Shown here: positions 50,041 to 62,585 of the stretch, piece after piece
How positions within the stretch are numbered: position 1 is the first letter of the stretch
How the letters are laid out: every line of letters begins with the position of its first letter
DNA from: Vicugna vicugna
Lineage: Eukaryota
Length of the DNA stretch: 64,000 nt
Assembly (NCBI GenBank): GCA_013265495.1
Contig: MU058213.1
Coordinates: forward strand, 5,601,149-5,665,148
Direction: 5' to 3'
Translations under genes and position numbers: made by a program
The notes under the pieces: model-generated
Seen by the model: the letters and a program-made list of their open reading frames with translations, nothing else
What the model was told of the DNA's origin: nothing
Database searches by the model: none

Positions 50041-51290
50041 GAATCTATTTTTTAAAACTTTGTTTTCTGCCATCATTCCACTTTAGTGCAACAAATATAT
50101 TTTTAAAAGGAAGGGAAGAAAATCTGATACTCGCTCCAGAAATAATGTAGCTGAAGGCAAGTTTCATTTGTGGGAAAATGCCTGGCACAGAGCAGGTACT
50201 CAGGAAGCGCTGGTTGGCAGAATGAATAAGTAAATAAGGGAATAAGTGATTGAAGGGGAGCACCACACTGTGTGTTGTTTTTCCATTTAAGTCACTGGCC
50301 CCAGGTCTATTTGGAAAAGCCATTCTGGATCTATCCATCCTAAGTAAGAGGGTGAATGAGGCACTGCACACCTGAGCAGGCACAAAGGAAAATAAATGAT
50401 TTACAAGGCTTAGCAGAGTGTCAGGCACATAGCAAACACTCAGCAAACGTTGACCACTTATATGACCATCAGGAGTGGGTGAAACAGAGCCAGTCTAGTA
50501 AGACTGCCTGGGTCTCCACTGAAGAGACGTATTATCATGGGAAGCAGCTAGAATAGGGCAGAAGCTCTGTGCTCAGATCTCCTCTTTGTCCCTAACTAGC
50601 TGTGTGAGCATAGATAAGTGAATTTGTCCCTCTGAGTCTCAGCTTCTTCATCTTTATAATACATTGAGATATTATTTTGAATTCATTTTCCCACCACCAC
50701 CATCTGTTTTCAGGACTGAGAGCAGAAGCCACATGAATCCACCCTATGTTGCTGTCTTTTGTTAAAGTCTAAACTCATAAAAGTCTCATGTAAAGTCTAA
50801 AAAGATAATTCTAGGCACCTCAAAAAGGAGATGAGAAAGAGAGGATGCTTAACTCCCTGCCTGCGAGAGGGGAGGGGCTGGTGTGTCTCCAGGCAGCAAA
50901 AACCCAGCCAGAGCTTCCATGACAGTCCTCAGGGATGAAATGTGCGGTGCCCTTAGCCTCAGCCTCAGCTGCACAGGGCTTCCCACCCCTTAAGCACAAC
51001 CGCAAAAAGTGAAATTTCTGAAGGGACTATGCGGAATGGGACTGGGCTTCTTAGCAGCTGAACCTGATGTGAACAATGAGCAGTACAGACTGGCCTTTGC
51101 ACAGATTTGGGGTAAATGAACTCCACCAAAACTGCACAGGATGGGGACCCAATGCCCCATTTAAGGTGATGAAAGGAAAATAAAGAAATATGTTACCTGT
51201 CACTCACTTAAGTTTTGTGGACTAAGAACCTACTCCGTGGTGAGCTTATTTTTTACCTGATGCTCTCTCTCTCAAAAAAAAAAAAAAAAC

Positions 51291-51428
51291 CTTGATATTT
51301 AGCCAATTTCCATGGTGTAAATACGTGTACGTGGCCATTTTCAAACTCTCAACTTTAAATTACTGAATGTAGAGAGCTGGGAAGAGGTGACCACAAGTGG
51401 CTTTTCTGAGCCAGCTCTGGCACATCCT
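51291..51428. mobile_element. MER63-like (hAT-Blackjack) fragment
   Basis: GCCAATTTCCATGGTGTAAATAC...TGGCCATTTTCAAACT...GCTGGGAAGAG...GAGCCAGCTCTGGCACA. Confidence 0.7.
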
Positions 51429-51859
51429 AGAGGTGCACACAGTGAGAGCTTCCTACGTCTAGAAAGCTCTCCAGGGCCTTTGTCAGCACTAGAATTCCTG
51501 GACTGTAGATTAAGGCTAATTTATAATGGTCAAAGCTATTCACTCTATCAAGTGTAGTCTGCTGATTTTATTTATGTTGAAATATGGCTTAGTGGAACTG
51601 CTGACCCTCCTACCTTTGATGAACACCCCTCCCCAAAAATAAGCCAGCCCCTTTGTCAATAAATAAATATAAATGTTGCAAACTGAATCTATTCTTTCCT
51701 TTGATTAAGTGGTCTTGTGACTAAAAACAGACCATGCATCATCCTTAAAGGTTACTGAGAGGAAATCCATAAATCTTTCCTTCAGGTTGTTTTAAAAAAA
51801 TATATTTTAACCTGTAACTCATAATAATCCTTAAGGTAAGATGAGGGCTATAAGAGTAA

Positions 51860-52000
51860 TCCTGTAAAACAGGACTAACTAATGCTAATCTCATTTTATA
51901 GGTAAGCCACAGAGAGGTGAAGTAACTAACCCAAGGCCACACAGCTAGAAAGTAGTAGAGCTGGGATTCAAGCTAGGCGATCCAGGTCCAGAACCCAGGT
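51860..52000 (-). mobile_element. MIR SINE
   Basis: CTCATTTTATAGG...GAGAGGTGAAGTAACTAACCCAAGGCCACACAGCTAGAAAGTAGTAGAGCTGGGATTCAA. Confidence 0.8.
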
Positions 52001-53879
52001 TGCTAATGGGTCCACAGCACTGTGTCTCACCAGGCAGCAACAACCCATGCGCAGGGAGAGATCTCACCTTGGGTCTCTTCCATCCACAGGGCCAGTTGGA
52101 AAAGAGCCAGCAATCTCTCTTCTTTCCTCCTCTGGGTGTAAAGTACCCAATTCATCTTCTGGAAGGTGACTGTGGAGGAGGGAGTGGGCCCCACTTTCCC
52201 CTTATAGGCACAAGTACTGCCAATAATAACGCAGTACGCATCCCCACCCACCATTGCTCCCAGTGAGCTTGTCTCCACCAGGTGGTGGCTCCGGTCCAGG
52301 GTAGGACTCAAGTGCTCCAAGAACCCTTGACTCTGCTACCATCTGACAATGCCCTAACTCCATAATTAGAGTTAAGGTCCTCGGCCCCCACCCCTCCTCC
52401 TGTCCCTTGTAAGACTCACTTGGCAATTGTGTAGGTCATGTCACAGACAAGGTGGTGAGGGATAAGGAAAAATGAAGTTCAGAGTCAGGAGTCAGACAGT
52501 CATTAACATCCAAATAAAATCTTGAAACAAGAACCACTATTGAGTTAATTTGTCTCTGAAGATAGCTCTTGGCAATTATCAAGCTAAGACTTTCAGCCAA
52601 GATCTATCAATCCAAGAACTGTTGAAGAAACTGTGATTGTCCAGCTTTGGGGCAGCTTCTCCTGACCTGATTCTGGTCAGATGCCAGCCTCATAGCCCGC
52701 TTAGCTGTGTAAGAATTCTCCCAGAGTTATCTCTAGGAGAGAAGGGACAACCTCTGGTCTAAAGATGAGGCTGGCAGACAATTCCGATGGGTGTCTAAGG
52801 GGGTCATGGGACTTGCCATTTATTATTTTGGTCTCCTTAGTTGTCTGGGGGGATTTCCATCAGCACGAGGCTGCCCCAGCAGCTGTCCTCTTGGGCTCCA
52901 GACATGTTACTTACTTGATAACTAGGGGCCTTGCTTGATGGGACCAGCCTTTATGAGACACGGAATCTGAGCCTCTGAGCTTCACCCCAGTGAGGGCGGA
53001 AGAGTCCCAAAACAGTGCAGGGATGTGGGTTGGGACCCCCTTTCCCCAGAGTAGGAAGGTGCTGGCTTGGATGGCAAGAGAGATGAGTTCTTTTGATTCT
53101 GCCTTTAACTAGACGCCTGGACTGGGACATGCCTGTTGTCCTCTCTGGGTCCCAGTTTCATCCGTAAATAAGGAAGTTGGACTAGATCATTATTATGCAC
53201 AGGTCTCTGGTCCTTATGGAGTAACGGTTGTGGGTGGGAGAAGGGCATTCCCAAGCTATTTTCAAACAAATTACAAAAGGAGATTGTACCACACAAAACA
53301 ACTAAATGTCAAGATTCTTTGCTTTTCACTGGAATTCTGTTTGCTGTGGTATTCTCTCCAGAGGGTTGCAAGAGTAGATTGGTGGTGTTATCTATAGCCT
53401 TACTTAATAAAAAATGAAAATGAGAAACTCTGCAATAAATGCAGGTTGTTTGAGATGCACAGAAAGAAAATGAAAAGTGGGCAGTAAACAGTCTGGGAGC
53501 CTTGACACAGCACAGTCTCCCAGTCCCTGTGCCCTCTCACCCTCTTTGACGAAATGATTTGGGTTCCCAAGGAGGGACCCCCAGGGTCCCCTAGTCATCT
53601 CTGGCCCAAAGGAACCTGGAAGGGCTTTGCAAGTGCACCAGGTCTCCCTGAGGTCCTAGAGGGCTAGGCCTATTCCCGGATTGATCCAGTCATTGGGTTC
53701 AAAATCAGGGCTGGAGCTCTCCCTGCCAAATGACCCCACCCCAGAGGACTCAGAAACATCCCGTCCTCTCAGGCCAGCCCAGCCCCACACAAGCAACTGA
53801 CACAGAAAGTGTGCCATGTGGCCTGCAGTGCCCAGGCCTAGATCCTGGGCCACAGGGAGAGGCAACAGTATTGCAAGGC

Positions 53880-54445
53880 TATAATTCATTTTTACACCAA
53901 TTTTTAAAAATGTACACCTAGGGAACCATTACTACCACTAAGACATACAACATTTCCAACCCTTCCAAAAGTTTCCCTTTGCCTTCTCTATCCCCAGACC
54001 CCAGGAAACCACTGACCTACTGTCACTATATTGTAATGCATCTGAGATTCATCTCTGCCACTGCATGAATCAGAATTGTATTCCTTTTTATTGCTGAGTA
54101 GTGTTCCTTTGTGGTACATTCCATGGATATACCACAATCTGTTTATGCATTTACTACATGATAGGTATGCATTGTTACTAGTTTGGGGCTATTATGAATA
54201 AAGCTGCTGTGAATATCTGCATCTCTGTGTGGACATAGGTTTTCATTTCTTGGGTAAACTCCTAGGTTTGGGATTGCTGGGTTTTATGGTACATGTGCAT
54301 CTACTTCTGTAAGAAATCGCCAAGTGGTTTTCCAAAGTGGCTATAGTATTTTGCAATCCCACCAGCAATGAATGAAGAGTTTAGTTGCTCCACAGCCTCA
54401 CCACCATTTGGTGTTGTCAGTCTTCTTAATTTTAGCTATTTTAGA
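53880..54445 (-). mobile_element. Old LINE-1 3' region (L1M-like)
   Basis: TTCCTTTTTATTGCTGAGTAGTGTTCC...GTTTGGGGCTATTATGAATAAAGCTGCTGTGAATAT...TTTTCCAAAGTGGCT...TCCCACCAGCAATG. Confidence 0.8.
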
Positions 54446-55034
54446 GGGGAAGTGGAGAGGCAGTATCTCATTAAAGAACTTGCCCAAAGTCAAACAAGTA
54501 GTAAGTGTTGGAAGTGGACCTCAAACCCAAACCCCCTGGCTCCTGGTCTGGGGGCCTGACCACTACACTTGACTCACTAAAGTTTTAATGTGAGCAAAAC
54601 CAGACCTAGGTCCTGCTTTCACGGAGCTTACCACCAAACTGGGGAGACAGGTATTTAGGTAATGATTATTCCAAGAGAAAATTACAGCTATGAGAACACC
54701 TAAGAGAACAAAGAATAAGGAGATGTGGCCAAGTCAAGAAACTTAGAGAAATTTCCCCTGAAGAAATGAAGATTGAGTTTAGAATTGGAGAAAGAGTGAT
54801 GTGAGCTAGGCAAACAGGGGAAGAGAGCAGAGCATGTCAGGGCAGGGGACCACATGAGCAAAGACCAGGCAGGAAGATATGCTGGAAGAAAATCTCAGAA
54901 TGATCAACAGGGAAGGCAATTTTTATCATCTTTTATCTCTTCACTTATTCACTCAGTTGTTCTAAAACTGAAGTGGCCAACTTATCTGATTTGACAGGAC
55001 AACTGGTCACCCTACCTTAAATCTATCCAGAGTA

Positions 55035-55169
55035 GGGGGAGGGCATAGCTCAAGTGGTAGAGGGCATGCTCAGTATGCATGAGGTCCTGGGTTCAATTCC
55101 CCAGTACCTCCTCTAAGAATAAATCAATGAATAAACCTAAATACCTCTCCCCACCAAAAAACAAAAAAA
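55035..55169 (+). mobile_element. tRNA-derived SINE, camelid Vic-1 type
   Basis: GGGGGAGGGCATAGCTCAAGTGGTAGAG...GGTTCAATTCCCCAGTACCTCC...AATAAACCTAAATACCTCTCCCC plus A tail; TSD CAGAGTA at 55028-55034 and 55170-55176. Confidence 0.9.
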
Positions 55170-56343
55170 CAGAGTAGAATATGCCACGACCTTGGGACCA
55201 CTTTAGGGAAGTAAGCCCCATTGTCCCCAAAGGATTCCAGTACAACAGCAAAGCTTTTCTGAATGGCATACTGTTTCATAATCAGATTTCTTGAAAGAAA
55301 GAAAAAGAAAATTCTGATTCTAGCCAGAGTTGCAGGGAAAGAAGAAGAAAGTTTGGAGGGGAAAAAAAAAAACTTTCCAGCAAGAAAACACAGCCTCTGT
55401 TTACTTTCTTTCCTGGAATCCACAGAAGGAAAAACTGTGGTGTGAGGCTGCAGGATGGCTAGCAAAGTCAGGCCAGAATAGACAAAGAAAACTGAATTAA
55501 TCAGACTAGTGAAAACAGCTTTCCTTCCATCTCTTATCATCATCGTATTTGACAACAAAACGGTGAAGAGCAAAAGCAACAAACAAGAAGAACAGAGGAA
55601 ACAGGAGTGCTAAAGAGAACGGGGAGACGGCAGCCTGTGATGGCAGCTCTAGACCCCAAAGCTTTTTTTTAAACAGCAGCTATAAAATAAATTCATTCAA
55701 GACAAACTTAGGCGTTTCTACTGGGTTCAAAACAACATCCTAACGACTTGAAAAGCTGACACAGCTTTATAAAGCCCCTCATTGGAGCGATTTCCGCCTT
55801 GGCTCAGTTGGCTTCACCATCATGGTGCAGTGATGTTGGGGTGTCACAAGACCTGGGGGATGTTATAAAGATTAGTAACTATATTATCCAAATTGAGGAA
55901 TTCAGGCAAAGAAATATTTTTAAGACAGTAAGTAAGTGGGAGTGTGGGATGCTCAGGGCAGGGCAAAATTCGAGAAGGCAGGAGTGAGAGAAGAGATGCT
56001 CACTTGGGCTCGGGCAGAATCTGCTTGTCACCAAAGATGAGCAACAGCTAAGAGCTGAATCTCCAGCGGCCTAGCAGTGACTAAATTCTCGTTCACGTTC
56101 TTCCATCCTGTCACAGTCCTAGAAATTCTGAAGTCAGTGTTGCCTACGTGCAAACCATAGGCCTGACCACGGCAGGCAGGGACAGACAGAGAGGTGGCTA
56201 CATTTATCTCATGGGTTTGCTCCATCCTGAGCAGAGGGCATGGCCCAGAGGATTTCAGAGCAATCATGAAGTAATGGTCTTCAGAGGACCCCTCTCACTA
56301 CTCCTATGTCTGGGAATATTTTCAGTACATTAGCAAAGTGAAA

Positions 56344-56363
56344 TCACACACACACACACACAC
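56344..56363. repeat. (CA)n microsatellite
   Basis: CACACACACACACACACAC read directly. Confidence 0.9.
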
Positions 56364-57254
56364 CCCTTAGCAATTTAAGCAAAGTATGTGAAGATATTTC
56401 ACAAACTCTTTTGGGGTCATATTAATACCTGTGGCTCCTGTCTTACGCACTTGAGTCCCCAGCACCAGCCAGTGCATGGGAGGTGCTGGACAAATACGGA
56501 GCTGAGCAGAAGCACCCAGGCCAGGCATCACAGGCCGAAGACAGGCCCTGACTCCTATCAGGGCCTTTCACTGTAGAATCCTTGGCTTTGCCCTAAGCCA
56601 ACTCAGTTGCCTGCAGTCACCCACTTAATGATGTCCTTACCAGAAAGAAAATGAAATCATTCATTCTTGCATGAAATTTGAGGAATCCTCAAACCTGGGG
56701 GCTGAGTTAGGAATAGAGAAATCACTTGCTGCAAGGAATCTAATATTAGAAATGTCATGGCTGTACCCAGCGTCTCCTCCTGACTAATTCTGAGGAAGTT
56801 GTGCTGCCCCAGGAGCTTGGTGTCACAAAGAGGGCAGCCCCACATCTCCCCAGCCTGTCTGCTCACCTTCCAGGTGACAGGGGCTGACTCCCTCAAAGGC
56901 TTTGACCTAATTAATATTCTCCCCCTCAAAACCACAGCCTCATCCCCAGATTCTTATCACTGGTCTGTCTTTATCTCTTCCAAAGACATGAGAAAAGTGA
57001 CAATTTCAGAAGACATGCCTGGAAAAGGAAAAGTTCCTATCTCATACAACTGGGACAAATTTCCTCACTCGTAACAAAATCATCGGATTTCCTCACCACT
57101 GACTCACAGAGATGTGAGATTTAAATGAGTTCATACAAACAAGACTGTTAAAAAGTGCCTGGCACAGCAAAAGCACTCAATAAATATTAGCTTAAAAAGT
57201 GCTGAGTATCAGTTTGGATATAAATACATATATAAAGAGATATAAGTAAGATCA

Positions 57255-57820
57255 TACCTAAGAAGCACATGATTCTACTTTTGGGAATCTATAAAAAAAA
57301 ATACTCATAGATTCAGAGCAAGATTTATGTATAAAGATGGTCATCAGAGCATTTTGTAATAGACAAAGAAAAAAAGAAACCTGGAAACAACCTAACTGTC
57401 CAACAATAAAGAAATAAACTTCACTAGTTTTCAAAAGCATGTTTTTGAAGAATTTTTAATGTTATAAGGAAATTATCATGACAGGTTAAGAGGGCTATAA
57501 ACCATTCACATATGATTTTTTTTTTAGTTTAGTTTTTTTTTTGAGGGGGAGGAGGGAGGTAATTAGGTTTATTTATTTTTAGAGGAGGTACTGGGGATTG
57601 AACCCAGGGCCTCATGCATGCTAAGCATGCGCTCTACCCACTTGAGCTACACCCTCCCCTTTGATCTTAGTTACAGACACTCCAAATAAACATTTATGGA
57701 ACAAACATTTCCATAAGAAAAGACTGGAAGAAAATATTCCAGGTATTGTTTGTGTGGCTTTCTGAGTAGGGAGATTCTTTATTCACTTCAGAATTTTGCA
57801 GATTGTATTAATTCTACATA
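57255..57820 (+). mobile_element. Ancient LINE-1 3' region interrupted by a SINE
   Basis: ATTCTACTTTTGGGAATCTAT...CTGGAAACAACCTAACTGTCCAACAATA, continuing AAGAAAAGACTGGAAGAAAATATTCC after the SINE. Confidence 0.6.
57516..57659 (-). mobile_element. tRNA-derived SINE, camelid Vic-1 type, inserted in an old L1 fragment
   Basis: Poly-T, GGAGGTAATTAGGTTTATTTATTTTTAGAGGAGGTACTGGGGATTGAACCCAGG...TTGAGCTACACCCTCCCC; same family as the other four copies. Confidence 0.9.
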
Positions 57821-59478
57821 TAGACAAAATATGAAACAGTTAAGAGTCCACTATAATACTACAACTAAAACTAAAACAATGTAAGTTCCTAGACTAGTCT
57901 GGTGGCAGGGAGCAGAGAAGATAATCTTGAAGCTGAGTCCTCAGCATTTGATGAACCTGGCGGGTCACCCAGGGGACAGAGAGGACATTCCAGACAGCCC
58001 TAAAACTTTCTAGCTTGAGCAACAGCATAGACAAATGATGGTGTCACGAACCACAGTAGGAAATGTAGAAAGAAAGGAAGAAGAATAGGTGGGGAGGCAA
58101 GAAAATAAACTCAGTTTGTCCTCCTTGGGTTTATAGTGTCAAAAGTGGACCCAGGTAGAGAAGCCCAGTCCAGAGCTGGCTAAGTGCAGGGCTAAAGCTT
58201 AGAGAAGAGATTTTGCTATACTTTAGGGTTTGAGTCACAATCGTGTATCCCTGAAGCCAGGGCTTGCACGAGGATGCTCCAGTATTCTGTGTGTTGCACA
58301 AAGGAGACAATCAGACTTTGCTCCCACAGAGGCTCAGACACTCGGGCTCTGGAGCCCTACTCCTTCCTCCCGAAATGTGACCTGAAGCAGCCCCTGCCTC
58401 CTGCAGTCACAAGACTGCTGTTGGATTATAGTGAAGACTCACTGTGACTTCAGTGATGTTTGGTGCTGTGGGTGCTGCTTCCATTGAGGACTACAGAGCA
58501 CTCTGAGTCAACCACATAGAACTTACTACTGTATATTTCATAGGAATGGTGTTCAAGACAATGACCACTGCCTCACACAGTGGCCTCTTTTTACAATAAC
58601 CCACAGGGAAACCATTTCAGGCTTCAGGACCAGGAAAAAAGGGAGCAACTGGATGCCATGAATCCTGTAACTGCTCCTATTTCCCTCTTTGACTTGGCCG
58701 GTAGGAAGCTCAGAACCAAATCTGTGGCACATCTTCTGCAACCTTGTATAATCCCAGAGTGTGAATTTCAGGGTGCTAATCTATCAACATTTCTGTCTTT
58801 GTTGTTTCACTCCCTTTATTTTCTCTTTGTCCCAATTTCTTCAACTATGAATTTTCACAAACCACTTAAAGTCAAAATTTTTCTGACTCTGTTTCTATCT
58901 CCTGAAATTGCCCAAAAGAATTCTAGGCCCTCTTCCCACAACAAATCCACTAAACCTTACTATTTTAGGCACTAGAGCTCCACCTCCTTGAACAATTTCT
59001 CCTAGTTGTGAGCTTCTAAAGAATCTTTCGTCCTTCCAGTCTCTCCACTGCTGCGCTCACAGCAGCCACATGCAAGGGCTGATTCCCATGCTTGCTCTCC
59101 CACTGGACTGGGAACTCCTGAAACATAGAGGTCAGGCCCTGTTTGCCTCTACCTAGTACCCAGCCAGGGTGCAGAGCACAAGATAGTAAAATGTGCTCAA
59201 TAAGTATTTGTTGAGGACATGAATGAATGAATGAACTTCCTCACTCACACACATGGCCCAGGAAGAAAAGGGAGAGCCCAGGTCAGTCCAGCTGTTTGTG
59301 AACCTTTCCATCTGACAACTGTCCTGAACATCCTTAAGGCCCCCGGCAATGGGGCCAGAGCTGATTCTCCCAGCTAAATCCAGAGTAAATACACAGAAGA
59401 CAGAATTGGTCCTCTGAGGGCAGCTGGGATAAATTTTCACAGAAAGAAATGATTTCACAGATCAAAAATGCAAGATGC

Positions 59479-59759
59479 CTGGTCACCAAAGGGGAAAGGG
59501 CAGGGAGGGATAAATTGGGGGTTGGAGATTAATCAGTACACATTAATATGCATAAAACAGATAAACAACAAGGACCTACTGTATAGCACAGGGAGCTATA
59601 TTTAATTTCTTGTAATAACATAATGGAAAGAATCTGAAAAGAAAATATATATATACACATATATATATATATGCATGTATATGTATAACTGAATCACTTT
59701 GCTGTACACCTGAAACTAACATTGTAAATCAACTACATGTCAATAAAAAAAATTTTTTT
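59479..59759 (+). mobile_element. 5'-truncated LINE-1 3' UTR, same family as 24538-25019
   Basis: ATAAACAACAAGGACCTACTGTATAGCACAGGGAGCTATATT...GCTGTACACCTGAAACTAACATTGTAAATCAACTAC..AATAAAAAAA, with internal (TA)n; TSD AATGCAAGATGC at 59467-59478 and 59760-59771. Confidence 0.92.
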
Positions 59760-60169
59760 AATGCAAGATGCTGGATGCTCCAATTAGTACTTATTTTGGC
59801 CACACACTTTACATTGGTGCTAATTATATGCCAGGCATTGTTCTGAGCTCTCTACAAATGCCATTTTTTTAACCCTTGTCACAACTTCATAAGATGAGTA
59901 TTAGATCTATCCCTGTTTTATTTTCACATGGTCCTTTCAGCATTCAAGTCAGGTATCCTGAAATGAAGGAAGATGTAGCTATTCAGTCACTGAATAAAAG
60001 AAAATTAGTTACATAGAGTTCCAATATATAAATGGCTGACAATTCAAATGTTAGCCTTTGCTCTGAGACCAGATCCCACAGAACACCACATCGCTCACCG
60101 AACACTAATTAAGCGTCCACCAGCTCTGCCTGCCACAAGTTCACAGCCTGGTGGAGGACATACCACACA

Positions 60170-60800
60170 CCCAGACAAATAAGAGCCCCAATATGGTGCT
60201 GGCAGCAAGAGGAGAAGGCTTCCTGGAGGGGGTGATGTCTTGAGTTCTGCTTTAATAAATGGACCAGCATTCCCGGGGAGCAGCAGAGAGAGAAGCAACA
60301 GTGCAAAGGTGCAGGGATGCGAAATGGCTCTGGGAGGAGCTAGTGGCAGCCTGGGGTAGCGAGGAACGTAGAGAGGGGAGCAGAGGGGTGAGGGGTTATC
60401 ATTTAGGTGGTGGCCTTGGCTGCAATACTAAGAAGCCACTAGCAAGTATAAAAGTTATATAATAGTCATTTCTGTTCAAGGAAGATTCTTCGGGCAGCAG
60501 CATGAGGGAGGGTGGTGAGACTAAACAGAGTGAGACCACTTAGGAGGCCGTGCCAGTAAACCAAACAAGAAACAGTGTGCACCTGGACGAGGGCACTGGG
60601 TTCGGGGATATTTGGGAACCTGAAGCTTTGGGCTGATTGGGCAGCTGGTAAAAGAGCGTAAGATGACACCCCAGCTCCTGATTTAGAGACCAGGGAGGCA
60701 GTGCTTGCCATGAGATGGGGAGCAGTCTGGAGCATGCTTGCGGGGACCAAAGACAAGCTCAGACAGTCTCTAAGCTTGGGAAAGCCAAACTGGGCGCCAG
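60170..60800 (-). mobile_element. L2 LINE fragment (degenerate)
   Basis: AGAAGGCTTCCTGGAGGGGGTGATGTCTTGAG...CAGTGCAAAGG...GAGACCACTTAGGAGGC...AGATGACACCCCAG. Confidence 0.55.
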
Positions 60801-62397
60801 ATATCTTCTTCATTATCTCAGAGAAGTTACTCAGAGTCTAGTTCACATCTCCTTTAAATAAAATATGATGCATTTCATTCTGTCATCATAGTGAAAAATC
60901 ATTGCCCTTTCCTGGGAATTAATAACCTTTCGAATTAATAACCTTTGGGTAGGAAAATTGGTTCCATTAATACCTCCCCTTGGACTTTGTAGGTTCATCA
61001 TCTCTCTGTCCTGCTGTCCCCTGAAACTAAAAGCCCAAGACTTATGTTTGAGAAGCCTGAATGACTTTATGCTCAGAAAGGAAGATCAGGGTTCTTAGTA
61101 ATTGGGCTGAACTGCATTTACTGACTTAAAATGCTGGTACGGCCATGAGCCTGCCCCTCAGCCACAGGGGAGCCCACCCTTGGCTGGAAGGGATGGGGAG
61201 AGCACCCCACCCCCCAGTTCTTGGCCTGATTCCTAATCTTGGCAGAGAGGATGTCACCCACGTTGGGGTGCCACCACCCAGGAACATGGCACCTCCTCAG
61301 GCCTCCCCCACCCCTGACCAGAAAGGTATGTCTTTGGCTGACACCACGGTCTTGACCGCTGTTGGGCTGCTTTGCAGAGTCGGGTGACTGTCCACACTCC
61401 ACAAAGTGGCTCAGAGTCAGGATGAGGCTCCCCCAAAACAGAGGCTAGAAGGACTTTCAGGGAAACAATACAAGGTGAATTCTTAAAAACAATGTTTTTC
61501 TTCTTATCCCATCCTCTTCCGATCTTTGAAAGATTCCTAATAGGTATTCATTTGGCTTTTTTGCTGAAAAACTCCTTAGCAGCAACTTATAATCAAGAGC
61601 AAGACGTCCAGACTCCTCAGCATCCCAGAGCCCCCACACTCTGGCTGCCCAGGCTTCTGCCTCCTAACACCTGCAGCATCCCAAACCTCTGAGCCTTTAC
61701 CCAGCTGTTCCCTCAGCTCGCCCACCCACGCATACACACAAGCCCTTCAAGGGCAGCATCAGCATCACTGTCCCTGAGAAGTCCTCCCTGAATGCCGCTC
61801 CCCATCAAGCAAAAGTCACCACTCCCCTTGCAACCCTCCCTACCACAGCCCTACCTGGTCTGTGCAAGGCCACATGATACAATGTGTCTGTGAGTGAGAA
61901 CTGGTTGAGACACACGAGAGTGTGCACAGTGTCATTTAACTAAGATGTTTTATGTGCTGTCTCCCTAGCATTGGGATATAGGGAACTGGAGTCAGAAACA
62001 CCAGGTTCAAATGCTACCACTTATTGGCAGTGTGATTTTGGATGAAATGATTATCCTCCCTGAACTGTAGTCCCACTTGCTTCTCCCATATTCCCACTGT
62101 CCTAGAGTTACTCTAGTATCTGACTGGCTGGTCCTAGTCTCCAGGATGGCATTATGGAGAATCTGGCCCCCTGCACCTCTTTGTTGGGTCCTCCTAGGTC
62201 ACCCTCCATCATTTTCCAAGAGAGAAATGACCATTCCATTGGAAATGCTCTTTAGGGCTTCCCAAAGCTGCAGCTCACCTCCACCACCTCACAGTAACCC
62301 CATTATCTAATGCTCTTAGAAACCTTTGGGATGTCCCAGAGCCAGCAGAGATGGAATAGATGCCAGGTTAAGCACCATCCCCAATCTTATATTCCAG

Positions 62398-62585
62398 AGC
62401 CATTTGGAAGAGGATCTCAAGCGGTTGAAACAAACGAAACATCACAGGAAACAGAAACAAGATTCCTGCTCTTTAAGGACAAAACTGATAAGGGCTGTCA
62501 GATTCGGCTCAACCACCCAGACACGTTACAGCAGTGCGCCTTCAACTCCTCGTTGCCCCTGGTGATGATAATCCACGGGTGGTCG
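62398..62585 (+). CDS. LIPC: Hepatic triacylglycerol lipase, coding exon 2 (internal exon; phase-1 start, phase-0 end)
   Basis: Translates (E)PFGRGSQAVETNETSQETETRFLLFKDKTDKGCQIRLNHPDTLQQCAFNSSLPLVMIIHGWS, closely matching human LIPC exon 2 as I recall it (EPFGRRAQAVETNKTLHEMKTRFLLFGETNQGCQIRINHPDTLQECGFNSSLPLVMIIHGWS). Flanked by acceptor ttccag (AG 62396-62397) and donor gtagga (62586). Length 188 = 2 nt + 62 codons. Retains the Cys pair, the NET and NSS sequons and the lipase IHGW motif. Confidence 0.97.

Larger units (their letters stand above)
1..62397 (+). other. LIPC: LIPC intron 1 (distal portion; exon 1 lies upstream of the window)
   Basis: No signal-peptide exon (human MDTSPLCFSILLVLCIFIQSSA-like) seen in the window; LIPC intron 1 is known to be very long in mammals; content is repeat-rich and non-coding. 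Confidence 0.8.

Noticed and set aside
1..62397. Antisense lncRNA or far-upstream ALDH1A2 exons such as those annotated in the human locus
   Set aside because: Non-coding exons cannot be identified from the sequence alone; RNA-seq would be needed.
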